Source: the human T2T-CHM13v2.0 reference genome, Homo sapiens
Assembly (NCBI RefSeq): GCF_009914755.1
Contig: NC_060932.1
Reading direction: 5' to 3' (one strand)
DNA length: 64,000 nucleotides
Part shown: positions 29,236 to 44,376 of the stretch, in pieces
How positions within the stretch are numbered: the first letter of the stretch is position 1
How the letters are laid out: every line of letters starts with the position of its first letter
Notes under the pieces: model-generated
Databases searched by the model: none
Told to the model about the DNA's origin: nothing
The model's input: the letters and a program-made list of their open reading frames with translations, nothing else
Position numbers and translations under genes: made by a program

Positions 29236-30182
29236 GATAAATTTAAAGATTAGCTTTGTGAAAAATTCATTCCAGTGTCTTGTTTTTCATTTGTCTAGGA
29301 TCAGTAAAAGCTTTGTCCTGAGACGGGTACTAGGCTGCAAACAGGCTTTAAGACCCTCCATCCTAACCCACTTTCCACTTACTTTCAAATGAGTAAGCTC
29401 TCAGGCAGAAGGGGCCAGTCTAGCTGTACCTTAGTCCCCTCCCCCTGAGAAAATGACACATTACGGAAACTATTAGTTCTTAAGAGGGGAGTTGCTGTTT
29501 CCAAGATTGAAGAGGAGATACACTATTTCCAAAGCTTCACTTCTTTCCCTTTTCTCTATCCTTGTTTATATAGATGGAAAGGTTCATATAAGGAAACATA
29601 GCCTCATAGCATTTTCCTTTCAAGGGTGTTTGTAATGTTCGTGTGTGCCAGAATGCCTGCATTTACTAATATGCACTACACATTGTGTTTATTTCTGTTT
29701 CATCAAGGTTTTGCCAGATTATGGCCTGTCTGTGCCTGATAGTGGCTGTGTTTGTGTATGAGCACAGGGTCATCTGATAACAAATTGTCACATCATGCGA
29801 TTAAGCGATGTTTAAAATGGGTGTAAGCCAGAAAGTGGTCTGACTCCCAGACCACTTTTAGAAGGTCCCATCAACAAAAGAAAGTTCAAGGTATCTTGGA
29901 AGAGGTCATTGATTACAACCATCTTGATCATTCTGGACTTGTTCCTTCCTGCAGAGACACAATTAAAATAATGTTGTACAGTAGACATTTTTCATTGTTA
30001 GAGGAAGGACACTTTTTCAGACATAAATCAATGTAAAATCTATCTCCTCTTCAGAAAGATAAAAATTCATATTTTTAGAAGCTCGCTCAATGAATTGTAT
30101 GAGAAGTGATGCTTTATTACAAGCATCAGTGTTCAGTTGCTGTTTCTCATGACTTTCACTGCCACATCTGAGGCCACACAGG

Positions 30183-30298
30183 CAGACTGTGAGCATCCTG
30201 GGCCAGGGACGTCATGTCTGTCACTTTCCCATGCCTGGTATAGTTTTGCAGCACACAGTAAGTGCCTAGCACATTTCCGTTGACTGAATGAATGAATG
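30183..30298 (+). mobile_element. L2 3' end
   Basis: agactgtgagcatcctgggccaggga...tgaatgaatgaatg. Confidence 0.75.
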
Positions 30299-32834
30299 CT
30301 TCAAATTAATACTTACTAGCAAAAAATCTTAACAAAACCTTAACCTTTGATTTGTAATACTTATATTATATTTTTGTACTATTACCTAATCTCTGAATTA
30401 TCAGTGCTATCATCAGCTATAAAACTAAGTTGGTCTGGAAAGTATTGGAAGATAGTTTTGTCTGATAGCTAAAGCTCAGGAAAAAATGTCACCCTAATCA
30501 TTACTAGTTTTGTGCTTAAGGGAAAATTCCTTGAATTAAGGTTTATTATTGTCATCATTATTTGTCTCAGTAATATGGACATATAAATCACCTTGTAACT
30601 GCTTTGAAATTTAATAAAATGAACAAAAGCAGTGCATTTTCTGTTCTCTTCCGTGAAGTCTGGTAATTTTAGTAATCCACTGCCCTATGAGATACAAGGC
30701 AACTCTGTTTCCTCTGTAGTCTGTTTTTTCTTCCTTTCTTTCAAAATAACCTGCCATCTTTCCAAAATAAACATGAGGAGGAAATACATGAGTGGGTATG
30801 TAATCACCCAGATATTTGGAGCAGCATGCCTCTAAAAAATTGTAAAAATAGAGTAGTCATCAGAAATTTCTTCTGGTTTTACAGAACTTGTTAATGTTAT
30901 TTTCTTGTCTCTATAAGAATTTTTAAAAGAAACATTTACATTAGTGTAAAAAGTTTGCCCAAGTGAAAATTAAATAGCTATCCACCCAAAACTTATTTTC
31001 CCGTATAAGGATAATCTTAGATTTTTAGAAACTCGGAGTGAACGTCATGAAAATAATTATTTTACAGATTTTTTTTTAGCATTTTAGATTTATAATATCG
31101 TATTATATTTCAATCTAATATTTATGAGGCCTCATTCTGTGATGATCTTATTACAGTGTTAATTACGTAATTACATTACAGGTCAATCATAATATGTGTA
31201 TTTCACATTTGTTTTTAGATACTTTGAATTTAAAGGTATTTTTGGGATTTCTTATAATCCTGGAGGGTTTGTGATACATAACAAACATTTAGAAAACAGG
31301 GTTGCTTAGAAGACATCATCTAATGTAATGAGTCTGGTGAATGAGTTTACGACTTTTAGCTTATGGTTCAGAAAATACAAAGATCATTTTTCTCTCTCTT
31401 GCCGTTTCTCTTGTCCTCCTTTTTTCCCTCCTCATTCTCTTCTTCACCTGTCTCCTTTTCATCTTCAGCAAATATTATTTAGCATCTACTCTCTATGTTG
31501 AGTTCAACAACAGTTCAGAGTTTTCAACTGCTGCTCTTGGATCTCAGAGAGGCTGACCTCAGAGTCAGATCCTGCGCTCCTTCTAGATCATTACCATAGA
31601 CAGAAACAGACCATTTGAAACATGGTACACATTTATTAATAGAGATCCTACTCTTTGGAGTCTGTGATAATTTGTAGGTAGCTAAGCAAAACTTTTTAAG
31701 TATACCACCTACCCATCTAAGGAGAGAGTGTTTCCCAAACAATTTAACAGCATCAATAAGATAACAGTGTTTGCTCCTCTCAGGCAAGTCAGCTGCTTTT
31801 GCCCAGGCACATACATGCTCAGGAAGCCTGAAGATGCTAATTACAAATCATTCTTAACTTGTCACTAAAGTTGCAAGGAAGCTTACTTGCAAGCAAATCT
31901 TTGTAACTATGGGAAAACAGTTTTGAAGGTCTATGGGTAAAGCTAAAACATTAAATTACAAAAAAACAGTTCTTAATCTAGACTAGTTACACCTCAAATT
32001 TCAAATTACCCAGACAGTAACACATGGTGTGAGTAGATCTTGTCTTCCCTTTGAGTGTTGATTTATTACAATTCTATCCACTAAAAAGAACCCATTATTG
32101 ACTCTCCTGTGAGTGAGTCCTCTAGCCTCGGTTCTGGAGAGAGAGCCCATGAGGTCACGGCTGGCCCTTCAGTGGGTGAACAGGGCCAGTTCTGAGGCTG
32201 GAGAACTTGACCCCATAGGTGGCATTAGCCATCATTCCTGGAGACTCTTGATCTGAAATGGATGCTCCTTCTCACTGTGGAGCTGGGCCTTGGCTGAGGC
32301 TGGAGATGTCCATGACCTGGGAATTCTACATCATGATCCTTTCTCTGAATAGTATAGTTCCGTGGCTCACCTAGCCCAGTCGGTGGAGGTGGCTCAGAAG
32401 CTGCCCAGTTCATAAACAAGAAGAAAGAAGAAAGGACAGCACCCCCATATCTGCACGGGCTGTTTCTGTACATATGCCCCTCTGGGTCCTGGTCTGGATG
32501 GTTTCCTGTGGGTGGATGACTAACTGGCCCAGCTCAAGTTACTTGGCCTCCTTGGCTGCTCCTTGAGCCATCAGACTCATCCCCAGGAAACGAGCTCATC
32601 CACAATCATTATAGCTTTAGTCCATGCATTATGACTAAAGCTCTTGAAGATAAGGAGGAAAAGTTAAAATGCTGAGCCACATTTCTTCTGGGCAGAGCTA
32701 TGGAGCATTTCAGACTATACCTTGGAATAGGGCAAGGCAAAATGCCTAGCTTTAATTAGAGAGAGAGAGAGAGAGGCTGGCATTGATGGAGCTAATTCTT
32801 TCTCGCCAAATTGCTATGTAGGGAAAGTTCAGTG

Positions 32835-33100
32835 TTAGAACTGAAATCCCAGGCTAAGGAACAGCTTACCTGAATTCACACCAGTAACTCTGGGCAGCTT
32901 ACTAAACATAGTGCCTCAGTTTGCATATACCTATTAAAATGGGGATAGAAACATTAACACTTCAAAAGGTCCTTCGAAGTTTTCTTTGCTGGATTAAATG
33001 AGTTAATATCTCTAAAGTTCTTACAGCAGAGAATCACAAAGTTAGCATTAGATATAGTTCTATTTCTATAAACACAGGCTGTTATCACTGTTATCATCAC
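32835..33100 (+). mobile_element. MIR SINE
   Basis: gtgcctcagtttgc...aaaatggggata...ggattaaatgagttaata. Confidence 0.7.
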
Positions 33101-33304
33101 TAGCCCATGTTTGAATGCAATAACTCTAAGTGACTAAAATAATAGAGAAGGGAAAAAAAAGAAAAGGAAACTTTCTGGTGAGGAGTGAAGGTAACATCAT
33201 GTTTCCTTTAAATCTCACAATACCTTTGTGAAATAAGTAAACAGCTATAGAATAAGTCTAGGGATGCACTCTGCAGCAGGAGCACTATAGTTAATAATAT
33301 TGTA

Positions 33305-33895
<591 letters not shown>

Positions 33896-34982
33896 TATAC
33901 TGAAAATATGTGAAGCAAGTAGATTTTAGGCATGCTTAATACAAGAAAAAGAAGGTGATGGATACGTGAGTTTGACTGTAGTAATCATTTCACTATTATA
34001 TGTATATCAAAACGTCATGCTGTATACTTTAAATATATATAAAATAAATTGAGAATAAGTAAATAATACTATATGAGAGCTGGGAAAAGAGCTAACATTG
34101 TGAGTGAACTAACATTTGCTAGGCATTGTGCTAAACCCATTGCAGATTTAGCTAGTTAAATTATTGTAACTCCTAAAGACTTGTGTATTTATTATTTCAT
34201 TTAAAAAAGTATTTGAGCAGCTTACTTAAATTCATAACACAAAATAATAGACAAAGTAAGAAAATAAGGACCAAGAGAAAAGAAAGCTCAGAGTAGTAAG
34301 ATAAATACAGTAACGACGATGTATAAGGCCTTAGTATAATAGATGAGGATGCTGAGGTTCCGAGAAGTTCTGCGCATTGTGTGGGATATCCTGCTACGGC
34401 GGAGCTGAGCTGGGTGTCATTCCTGACTCTGTGGGCTCTAATGCAGTTTAGAGTGACTTTTCCAGTTTAAATGGAGCCGAGAGAAGGGGAAGAAAGAGAG
34501 CTCAGGCAAAAGGGAAATGTAAAACAAGAGAGAAGATGGAAAAGAGGAAAACTAAGTGGTAGAAGAGAAGGAAACAGGAGGTGAAACAACAGCCATGTGA
34601 CTGTTGGTTTGTAACAGTGGGGGCTGCCTGTAGGGATGCAGTGGCTCAGGGGAGGGTGAGGGGCCGCTGCTCTGGGATCTGGGACTTTCTTCTCCTTGGA
34701 CAGGCATCACCAGGCCCCTGAGGCTTACCTGCTGGCACTCACAGAACAGCAATCAGCTCTCTAACACAGTGCTAGATGCAGTTCTGGAAATTGAGATTCT
34801 GGGCCGCTCTGAATATTTTGAAGTAAAGGAGTGACAAGATTGTACCATTAAGTTCCAGAAGCACAGATATTTCCTGTAAGGAGCCATTTCTTCCACTCCT
34901 GGAGAAGCTGGATTCTGGGTCTCAGATGTTCCTGCTTATCTTCATTCAACAGATTCCTGGACCAATTACAGTGTGCCCACCA

Positions 34983-35315
34983 CAGCTGGCCCTTCCTATG
35001 GTGGTCCCGCATCTGTGGATGCAACCAATCGCGGAATCGTGGATCAAATGCACTTTAAAAAATCAATAAAACATAAAAACACAACAATAAAAATAATACA
35101 AATAGAAACCCAATACAGTATAACAACTACTTACATAACATCTACATTGTCTTAGATATTATAAGTAATCTAGAGATAATTTAACGTATAAGGGAGTTTG
35201 TGTGTATCTTATATGCAGGTGCAACCCCATTTTATATCAGGGACTTAAGCTTTGCAGATTTTGGTATCCTCTGGGGTCCTGGAGCCCACCCCTCGGGGAT
35301 AACGAGGAAGGACTA
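34983..35315 (-). mobile_element. MER2 (TcMar-Tigger)
   Basis: Reverse complement of MER2 (taagtaatctagagataattta, ccattttatatcagggacttaag). Confidence 0.8.
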
Positions 35316-35319
35316 TATT

Positions 35320-35720
35320 GGCATGTGGAAGGAAGAAGGTTAATAAGGCAGAATCTGGTGGAGAAGACAGACATGGAGCTTACAGCTAAAGTACAGCATA
35401 GTAAATGCTTCTCTGAGGATGCACTTCTATCCCTGAGCTCTGGGGGCCCTGGAATGGTGCATCCCACTCTGGCTGGGGCCAGAAGCCAAGGCTTTAAGAG
35501 AGGAGGGCACACATAGCTGGCTCAAAGGACCATGTCAGGTGAGGAAGGGAGGGGTGGGAAGCCAGCAGAGAGTTGCGTGAGCCAACATCATGGCCCCAAA
35601 GGGGACTGTGAGATCAGTCAGCCAGGTCCGGGACCAGCAAATGGGGAGGTGGAGAGAAGTGAGGAGGAAGACAGATATGAAATGAGGCTAGAAGGTGGGT
35701 TCCAGCCACATTGTTAATGA
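35320..35720 (-). mobile_element. L2 fragment
   Basis: Purine-rich L2 antisense motifs (atggggaggtggagagaagtg...agatatga). Confidence 0.4.
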
Positions 35721-36419
35721 TCTTTTACATTAGTTTCTTACATAGACTCTGCTTGCTCCAGCAATGACCATGGCCTGACCACAGTGTACATTTACTTCCT
35801 GTAGCCAGCAGGGCCTGAGCTGAGGACTGAAAGGAGCCTGGTGTGATTGTCGCTCCAGCAGCCTGGCTACACAGCCCCTTCTTGGGAGTGTGGGGGACTG
35901 CAGCAGGGTCTGAGAGAACTGGTGGGGCCTGGGGAAGCCTCCACGGAGAGGAGGGAGGGCCCAGTGCAAGGAAGGCGTGGCAGTGAAGGGACACTTGAAT
36001 TTGAGGCATGATTGTTAGGATTTGGAGCGGGGCTGACACGTGGTGTTACAGCTTGGGAGACCGACTAGGTAGTGACTATACACATTTCTGTTAAATTGAA
36101 GAATCTAAGCTTACTATAGGATGAAAACCATTTCCCAAGAACTCCAGTTCTGTTTTAAAATAGTCTAACTTCGCTTGTGTTCTGGAGAAGCATGCGGCAC
36201 ACTGCGCAAGCTACCACCATGGCGCTGCCATCACCTGTTAGCCATATCATCTCTGGCAAATCACCCGCTCCAGAAGCTCTCACTCCTTATCTACAAAACC
36301 TGGATAATATCGAGTCCCACAGACTTGAGAATCCCGTTTATAGTTTATGTGAGTGAGGGCTGACCGTGTGTTAGTGCCCTGTGACTAGCAGAGAGAGGTC
36401 CGGTTAGCACGTGGCTCTG

Positions 36420-36590
36420 CCCTCCTCTCCCCTCAGCCCTTCCTCTTCCTCTCCCTTCTTCCCTCTCTTCTCCTTCCTCCTCCTCTTCCTCTTCCTCACT
36501 GTTCTCCATCTTCTCCTCCCCTCTGCTTCCTTCTCCTCTTCTTCCTCTTCCTCTCCTCCTTCGTCTTCCTCTGCTTTTTCTTCTTTTCCA
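36420..36590. repeat. CT-rich low-complexity tract
   Basis: (CCT/CTT)n-like run. Confidence 0.9.
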
Positions 36591-37186
36591 TAGCTAGATT
36601 CTGCAATTCAGAGAAACTAGAATTTGCATTTGTTTTCTTGTGAATAAGAAAAGACAAGTAAGCAATTTCTGGACTTTTATTTGTGGGTCTAGAATTTAGC
36701 TAACTGAATAAATAGATATTTAAGTTTTAATATTTAAAACCACTGTTACAGTATCCTTTTGTCTCAATTGGTCTAAGTATTTCGAGTTCCCATCTTCTCA
36801 TCAATTTCAGATAATCAGGATTTGGTATTTGGGAAGTGCTGATGGCCCATGTGCAGTGAGAACTCCCGTGTGACTGTGTGACCATGTGACCGTGCACAGA
36901 GGCGGGCTCCCCGCCTTCTCATGCTACACGTAGTCAGGTACTGGCCGCTCCCCCAGGCCTTCCCTGCTCCCCTGGCCCCAGCCTTCCTGGGCTTCCATCC
37001 CACCAGAGCTGGAACCCAGGGTTCCCACAAGCCTCACTCCACGTACAGAGCTTGTAGTGAGGTAGGCTGGTCTCTCTCCTTGACTAGACTGGATTTCAAA
37101 ATCAGGGCCCTTGTTCTAGCCATGGTTTTATTCTCTCTTCTAACACAAGATCTGGCACAAAGCAACCACTGAGCAACTGAAGGGAA

Positions 37187-37187
<1 letters not shown>

Positions 37188-37218
<31 letters not shown>
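37188..37218. repeat. (TG)n microsatellite
   Basis: Visible run. Confidence 0.9.
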
Positions 37219-37518
37219 AGGCATGTGGGTGGAGAGGAGGCTGTTGCTAACTCTTGTCTTCAAGAAGAGACTGTGGACCATGTGCAACCAGGGTTACTTG
37301 TCAGACATGTGCAGAGGAGACAAAGCCTTGGGAGGGATTTGTCACCTCATTAGCACAGGCTCATCTCCCAAGTTTTTTCTAGCAAAACTTCGCCACAGAT
37401 ATCTCACCCCAGTTCTGGAGCTCTTTTAAGGTGGAGAGAGCACTGAGCTACCAGATGCTCCTCCCCTGCCAGCGTGGACCAGCAGCACCATATTCTGTGC
37501 ACCCTTGATGGAGTCTAA

Positions 37519-37981
<463 letters not shown>

Positions 37982-38591
37982 TCCTTGGTCCCTTTCCTTG
38001 GCTTCTCTGTACAAGTCTGCTCAGCTTGGATATTGTCTCGGAAACAAGAGAGAGGGGAACATCCCAGGCTGGTGCTGATGCCGCTCCCCCTGGGAACGGC
38101 TTTATCTCTGTAGTTTCTAGCACGTAGGCTTTGTAAATAAAACAGGGTCTGGACTTCCCTGCTTTGTTAGTGCAAGCTATCATCGCGGCTTGGAGCCGCC
38201 TGGCCTTTATGTCAAAGACATTTGGTTATGTGCCGTCTAGAAGCTACCTCCTACCCAGGGAGGGAGGCCAGCTTGCCTGGTGGTGGTGTCTGCAAGGTGG
38301 GCCACAGTTTATCTTGTCTTCTCTTTTGATTTTTTGGCCTGATGGCAATTTGGTATTTTAAAACAAAGTTATAGGCCAAATTCCCACAAACTGAGAGATG
38401 CTAAATTGCTTCCAGTCTTCTGGTAAATTACCATGTTTCCCATTGCCCTTGGAATGATCTTCTAAACACTCTGTTCTATAATCAGGATATTTATTAGGTG
38501 TTGTCCACCTCAGATCAGATATAACTCCCAGAGAAAAAAAGGACTGAACAAAGTGTCACCTCCAAGCAGGAAAGAATAAAATACCCATTTC

Positions 38592-38740
38592 TTTAAAAAA
38601 TTGTGGTAAAATGCACATCACATAACATTGACATTCCTCACTTAATTATTTCTAAGTATACAACTCAGTGGTGCTTCGTAAATTTGCAATGTTGGGTGTC
38701 CATCACCACTGTCTAATTCCAGAACATCATTTCCATCACT
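38592..38740 (-). mobile_element. L1MB-like extreme 3' fragment
   Basis: ttgtggtaaaatgcacatcacataac...ccatcaccact. Confidence 0.6.
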
Positions 38741-40119
38741 TCACATATTCTCTTCTTTTTAAAAGCTAGGATTTTGTCTACCTAGTAAAGATACCAAAAC
38801 AATTTCAATCAACCAGTGATCAGCAGCAATTAGTTCATAAAATGTCTACATTATATATTGACCATCCACAAGAAACTGTAATTTGATTGAGTTCTTGGGA
38901 TGGAACATTATGAAGAGATTTTGCAAAATATACATCTATATAAGCTATAGGTATGGATAGATAAATATTTAAGAAAATAAGTAGATAAATGCTTATATGG
39001 ATTAAATATATTTGGAATAATATTTATAAAAAGATGGGCAGATTTTTTTGACTGTATTAAAATTTCAGAAATTTTCCTTATTTGAAGGGAAGATTAAAAA
39101 TTTGACATGTAGAATATTTTGAAGAAATACAATTTTATTGTTTTTATGTTCATAGAGTAATTCTACTAATAAAAAAGGGAAGGTCAGAATATATTTGATT
39201 ATTTTACTTAATAAACATAAATGATAGGGAGATGGGGAGTTATAGATATGTAGTAATATTGTTTATCTTGATTACCCAATAAGAAGATAAAAATCACAAG
39301 TAATGATCACATTGATGATTTTATAGCAATATTTATATATGATGACTTTTCTAAGAGCTTTCCCTGGTTATCGACTCTACTTTTAAACAGGAGTTTTTCG
39401 GGTTACTTTAAAAATTTTCCTTAGCAAATACTGTCGCAGGAAATGCAAAGTTAAATTTCCTTGAATCATGACAAATTCCAAGTTGTTAGAGCCCTTACAC
39501 ATCACTATATCAGCAATTATTCTTCAGCCACTCTCATTAACTGGTAGCTTTGTAGCAAGATTGTCTCATTCAATAGAGACTGCTCTTTCTTTCTAGGCTA
39601 GTTAACTCTGTAACTAGCAGTAATGTGTGTCAATATTTCTAAAAAAGTGACATGTTAAGGAAGTTATGTAAGTCACAATTTGTTTTCTACAGAGTATTGG
39701 ATATCTATTATTGGATATGCCTTTGCACATTAACCTTGCCTGTCTCAGAAACCATCGTTCTATAATTCAGGGATGACCTCTTGATCATTTCCTTCCCTAT
39801 TTTTTCTAAGTGGTAGGTCTTTTCTCCAAATTTCCATTACCTTATTTTTGGATCTCTAAATGTACCTCTTTTGTTTATCATTCCCAGGTCTTCTATAATT
39901 GAACTGTGGCATTATGTTTTGTTAATGGGGACTGTCTATAATATCACAAAGCATGTATACATATATATCTGGAGCAAATGAAAGAGTCAACCAAACTGTA
40001 TAATGGATGCAAGAATTTTTCTTATGTTATTCTCTGTATATTTCTCGCTATTATTTCATTATTTTAAAAATATTTGTAAAAGTCACTCATCTAAGTCCAT
40101 AAGTCAGAGACTTTAGGCT

Positions 40120-40423
40120 TCTTCTTCTTTTTTTTTTTTTTTTCAGAGTCTTGCTTTGTCACTCAGGCTGGAGTGCAGTGGCACAATCATGGCTCCCTGC
40201 AGCTTCGACCTCCTGGGCTCAGGTAATCCTTCCACCTCAGCCTTTCGAGTAGCTGAAGCTACAGGCACATGCCATCGTGTCTGGCTAACTTTTCTATTTT
40301 TTGTAGAGATGGGGTTTCTCCATGTTGCCCAGGCTGGTCTTGAACTCCTGGGTTCAAGTGATTCACCTGCCTCAATCTCCCAAAGTTGCCGGGATTTCAG
40401 GCATGAGCTCCAGGGCCCAGCCA
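40120..40423 (-). mobile_element. Alu (AluJ-like)
   Basis: Full antisense Alu. Confidence 0.9.
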
Positions 40424-40438
40424 GATTTTTTATAATAA

Positions 40439-40795
<357 letters not shown>

Positions 40796-41437
40796 TAACT
40801 GCCTTCATGTTCCTGGTTTACTGGCAATGCCATCATACAAAAGAATTTTCCAAGTTCATAAATAGTTGTGGTTTTAGCTTTAAGTACAGTGGGTTAAACA
40901 CACACCTTTTCTTATTTCCTCTCGTTCCTCCTTGGAACTTCCAACCCTTCCAACTTCATCTCCCTGTAGGAAGACTTCCCCCACAACCTGAACCTCACCT
41001 TACCCTTTACTCTCAATTTTCTTTCAGTTTCAACAATTACTCAGGCTACTTCCTTGGGTTTTCAAAGATGTGCCTTGAGTGTGAAATGGAGGTAATAATC
41101 AAAATGAGCTCCTATATTTATGAGGAGAATTAAAGAAACTAATGTATATAAAGTGCTAAGCATAGTTTCTGCCCTATGGCCTGCTCTCCCTAACGGTAGC
41201 TCTCATTTAACCACTCAAGGGCAGGCACATCATATTACCTTACAAATTAGTTCTCAAAGGGAGCTTTGCTAACTTGGTATGGAAGTTCCAAAGACAGGTC
41301 ATAATGAAAAGGAGAGTTAGGGTGACTAGCAGATAAAATCTGTGACTATCAACTCTTCATTCTGAAATAACCCAGAAAAGACAAAAGTGAGACTTCAGTG
41401 AAAGGCAACAAACTGATGAGAGTTGGGCAATTCTCTC

Positions 41438-42110
41438 TTTTTTTAAATTGTGGTAAAATAAAATTCATCATTTTAGCCATTTTTAAGTTTACAGTTTAAT
41501 AACATTGAGTACATTCATGTTTTGCAAACCTCACCACCATCCCTCTTCAGAATTTTTCATCTTACCAAACTGAAATTCCACCTCCATTAAACAACTCCCT
41601 AGTCCTCCCTCCCCCTGCCCTATAACCACCATTCTACTTTCTATGTCTATGAATCTGACTCCTCTTAGTGCCTTATGTAAGTGCAATTACACATTATTTG
41701 TCCTTTTGTGACTGATCTATTTCATTTATCCTAATGTCTTCAAGGTTCATGTGTGTTATAGCTTGTGTCAGAATTTCCTTCCTTTTCAAGGTTGAATAAT
41801 ATTCTATTGAACGTGTATGCCACATTTTGCTTCTTCATTTATTCATCAATGGACATTTGAGTTGCTTCTACCTTTAGGCTACTGCGAATAATGCTGCTAT
41901 GAACATGGGTTGATACTGATATCTGTTTGAATCTCTACTTTCAGTTCTTTTGGGTATATACCCAGAAGTGGAATTGCTGGCTCACATGGTAATTCTATGT
42001 TTAATTTTTTGAGGAATTGTCATACTGTTTTCTATAGGGGCCGCACCATTTTACATTCCCATCAGTAAGATGTAAGGTTTCCTATTTCTCCACATCCTTA
42101 CCAACACTTT
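41438..42110 (-). mobile_element. L1MB2/3-like 3' end
   Basis: Same antisense 3' UTR as 22351-23085. Confidence 0.9.
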
Positions 42111-42319
42111 TGTCAAGTCTCTTGACTTTTAAGTGTCTCAGGATACACAAGTGATGGGTATTAAGAGGACTATGAATCACCAATTGTTAACATGTGAGAA
42201 TGTTGAGGTACTATGAAAAAATCGTCAAAGATAGCTTGATAATTGTCAAAGAAAACACATGGGAATCAGTAAGTTGTGGTGATTCCAAGCCCAGCTTTGT
42301 AATCAAATCACACGTATCC

Positions 42320-42520
42320 TTGAATTCTTGATTTCTGGCATGGCACCTGCTAGCTGTGGAACTTTGGGGAAGTGTTGTGACTTTTCTGAACTTCAGTTTA
42401 CTTATGCATAGAAGGAGGATCATGGTACTTAGCTTGTGGGGTTGTTAAGGGATTTAAATAGAGAACCATGGTGGAATACCTAACAGTGCTGCGCAATAGA
42501 ACTCTGAAAATGGCAGTTTT
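42320..42520 (+). mobile_element. MIR SINE
   Basis: ctagctgtggaactttgggga...ttctgaacttcagttt. Confidence 0.7.
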
Positions 42521-43084
42521 TGTTACTTTTTTGGAGTTTCTTCTTCTTAATAAGATGATTAACTAAGAATGCCATCTTTTGTTAGATCAGTCACTACAAA
42601 CTTGAAATGCTCCTTCATTCTAGAAATGCGTACATACACAGAAGCTTCAAACATTTCATTTTTATCTGATCTGGAAGATGAGAATTTGATGTAAGATTAG
42701 AGTAGTTCCAGGAAACAAGAAGTTAGAAGTTAATATGGTCTAAAGACAGACAGGTAACACTTTACGGCAGTTAGATAGATGGAATATTGCTCAATGATAA
42801 TGGTTTGGAAGCCCCCACAAAAATCTACGATGCCTCTGGAAAAAGATCTGGATCTATTTATTTAATCATTTCTTCCTGTTGTGGTTGGCAAAAGATCTGG
42901 AGTTAGATGGAAAGAGAGATCATCCAGGCAAGACATGAGACAGCTTAACTAACCCAAGGAAAGACACTTAATGATAGACTCCAGTGGAAAGAAAACTCAA
43001 AATTCCTGAATAGCAAGAACAGAACATTAATTCTCCTTTTCTTAAGATTGTTATTAGTTTTTTGGATGTTACAAGAATTATGTA

Positions 43085-43390
43085 GGCTGAGCATGTTGTC
43101 TCACGCCTGTAATCCCAACACTTTTGGAGGCTGAGACGGGTGGATCGCTTGAGCCCAGGAGTTGGAGACCAACCTGGGCAACACGGTGAAACCCTGTCTC
43201 TATTAAGAATACAAAAAATTAACTGGGTGTGGTGGTGCATACCTGTAGTCCCAGCTACTCGTGAGGTTGGGTGGGAGGATCTCTTGAGTCCCAGAGGTTG
43301 AGGCTGCAGTGAGCCAAAATCATGCCACTGCACTCCAGCCCAGGGGACAAAGTGAGACCCTATCTCAAAAAAAAAAAAAAAAAAAAAAAG
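43085..43390 (+). mobile_element. Alu (AluJb-like)
   Basis: TSD aagaattatg. Confidence 0.95.
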
Positions 43391-43500
43391 AAGAAGAATT
43401 ATGAAAAAAGAAAAAGGCTTCTCCACACGAAGAAATAGAGATAATAATTACCTGAATTATATATCTAAGTAGTAAATGATAGACCCGACAAAAGAAATCA

Positions 43501-43887
<387 letters not shown>

Positions 43888-44148
43888 CTAAATTGCATAA
43901 TATTGTGGAAAATCGCTATGGAATACCAATAGGAATTCTCTTTAAAACCTCTTCAAGTTTGTTATTTATATACTCAAACACAGCTATGCATGTACATGCA
44001 TGTACACCATTGCTCTTCCCATAGACGTTAGGAAAGAAACTCGTATTATAACAAAATCTCTGTGATGTCCATTTTCCATCTTGATTTTTGGAACTATGTT
44101 TCAAAAAACTCTTGTTTTCTCTTTGATACAATGAAAGTACAAATTTAA

Positions 44149-44376
<228 letters not shown>

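Noticed and set aside
32080-32450. Possible degenerate MLT/LTR fragment
   Set aside because: Could not identify termini or diagnostic motifs with confidence.
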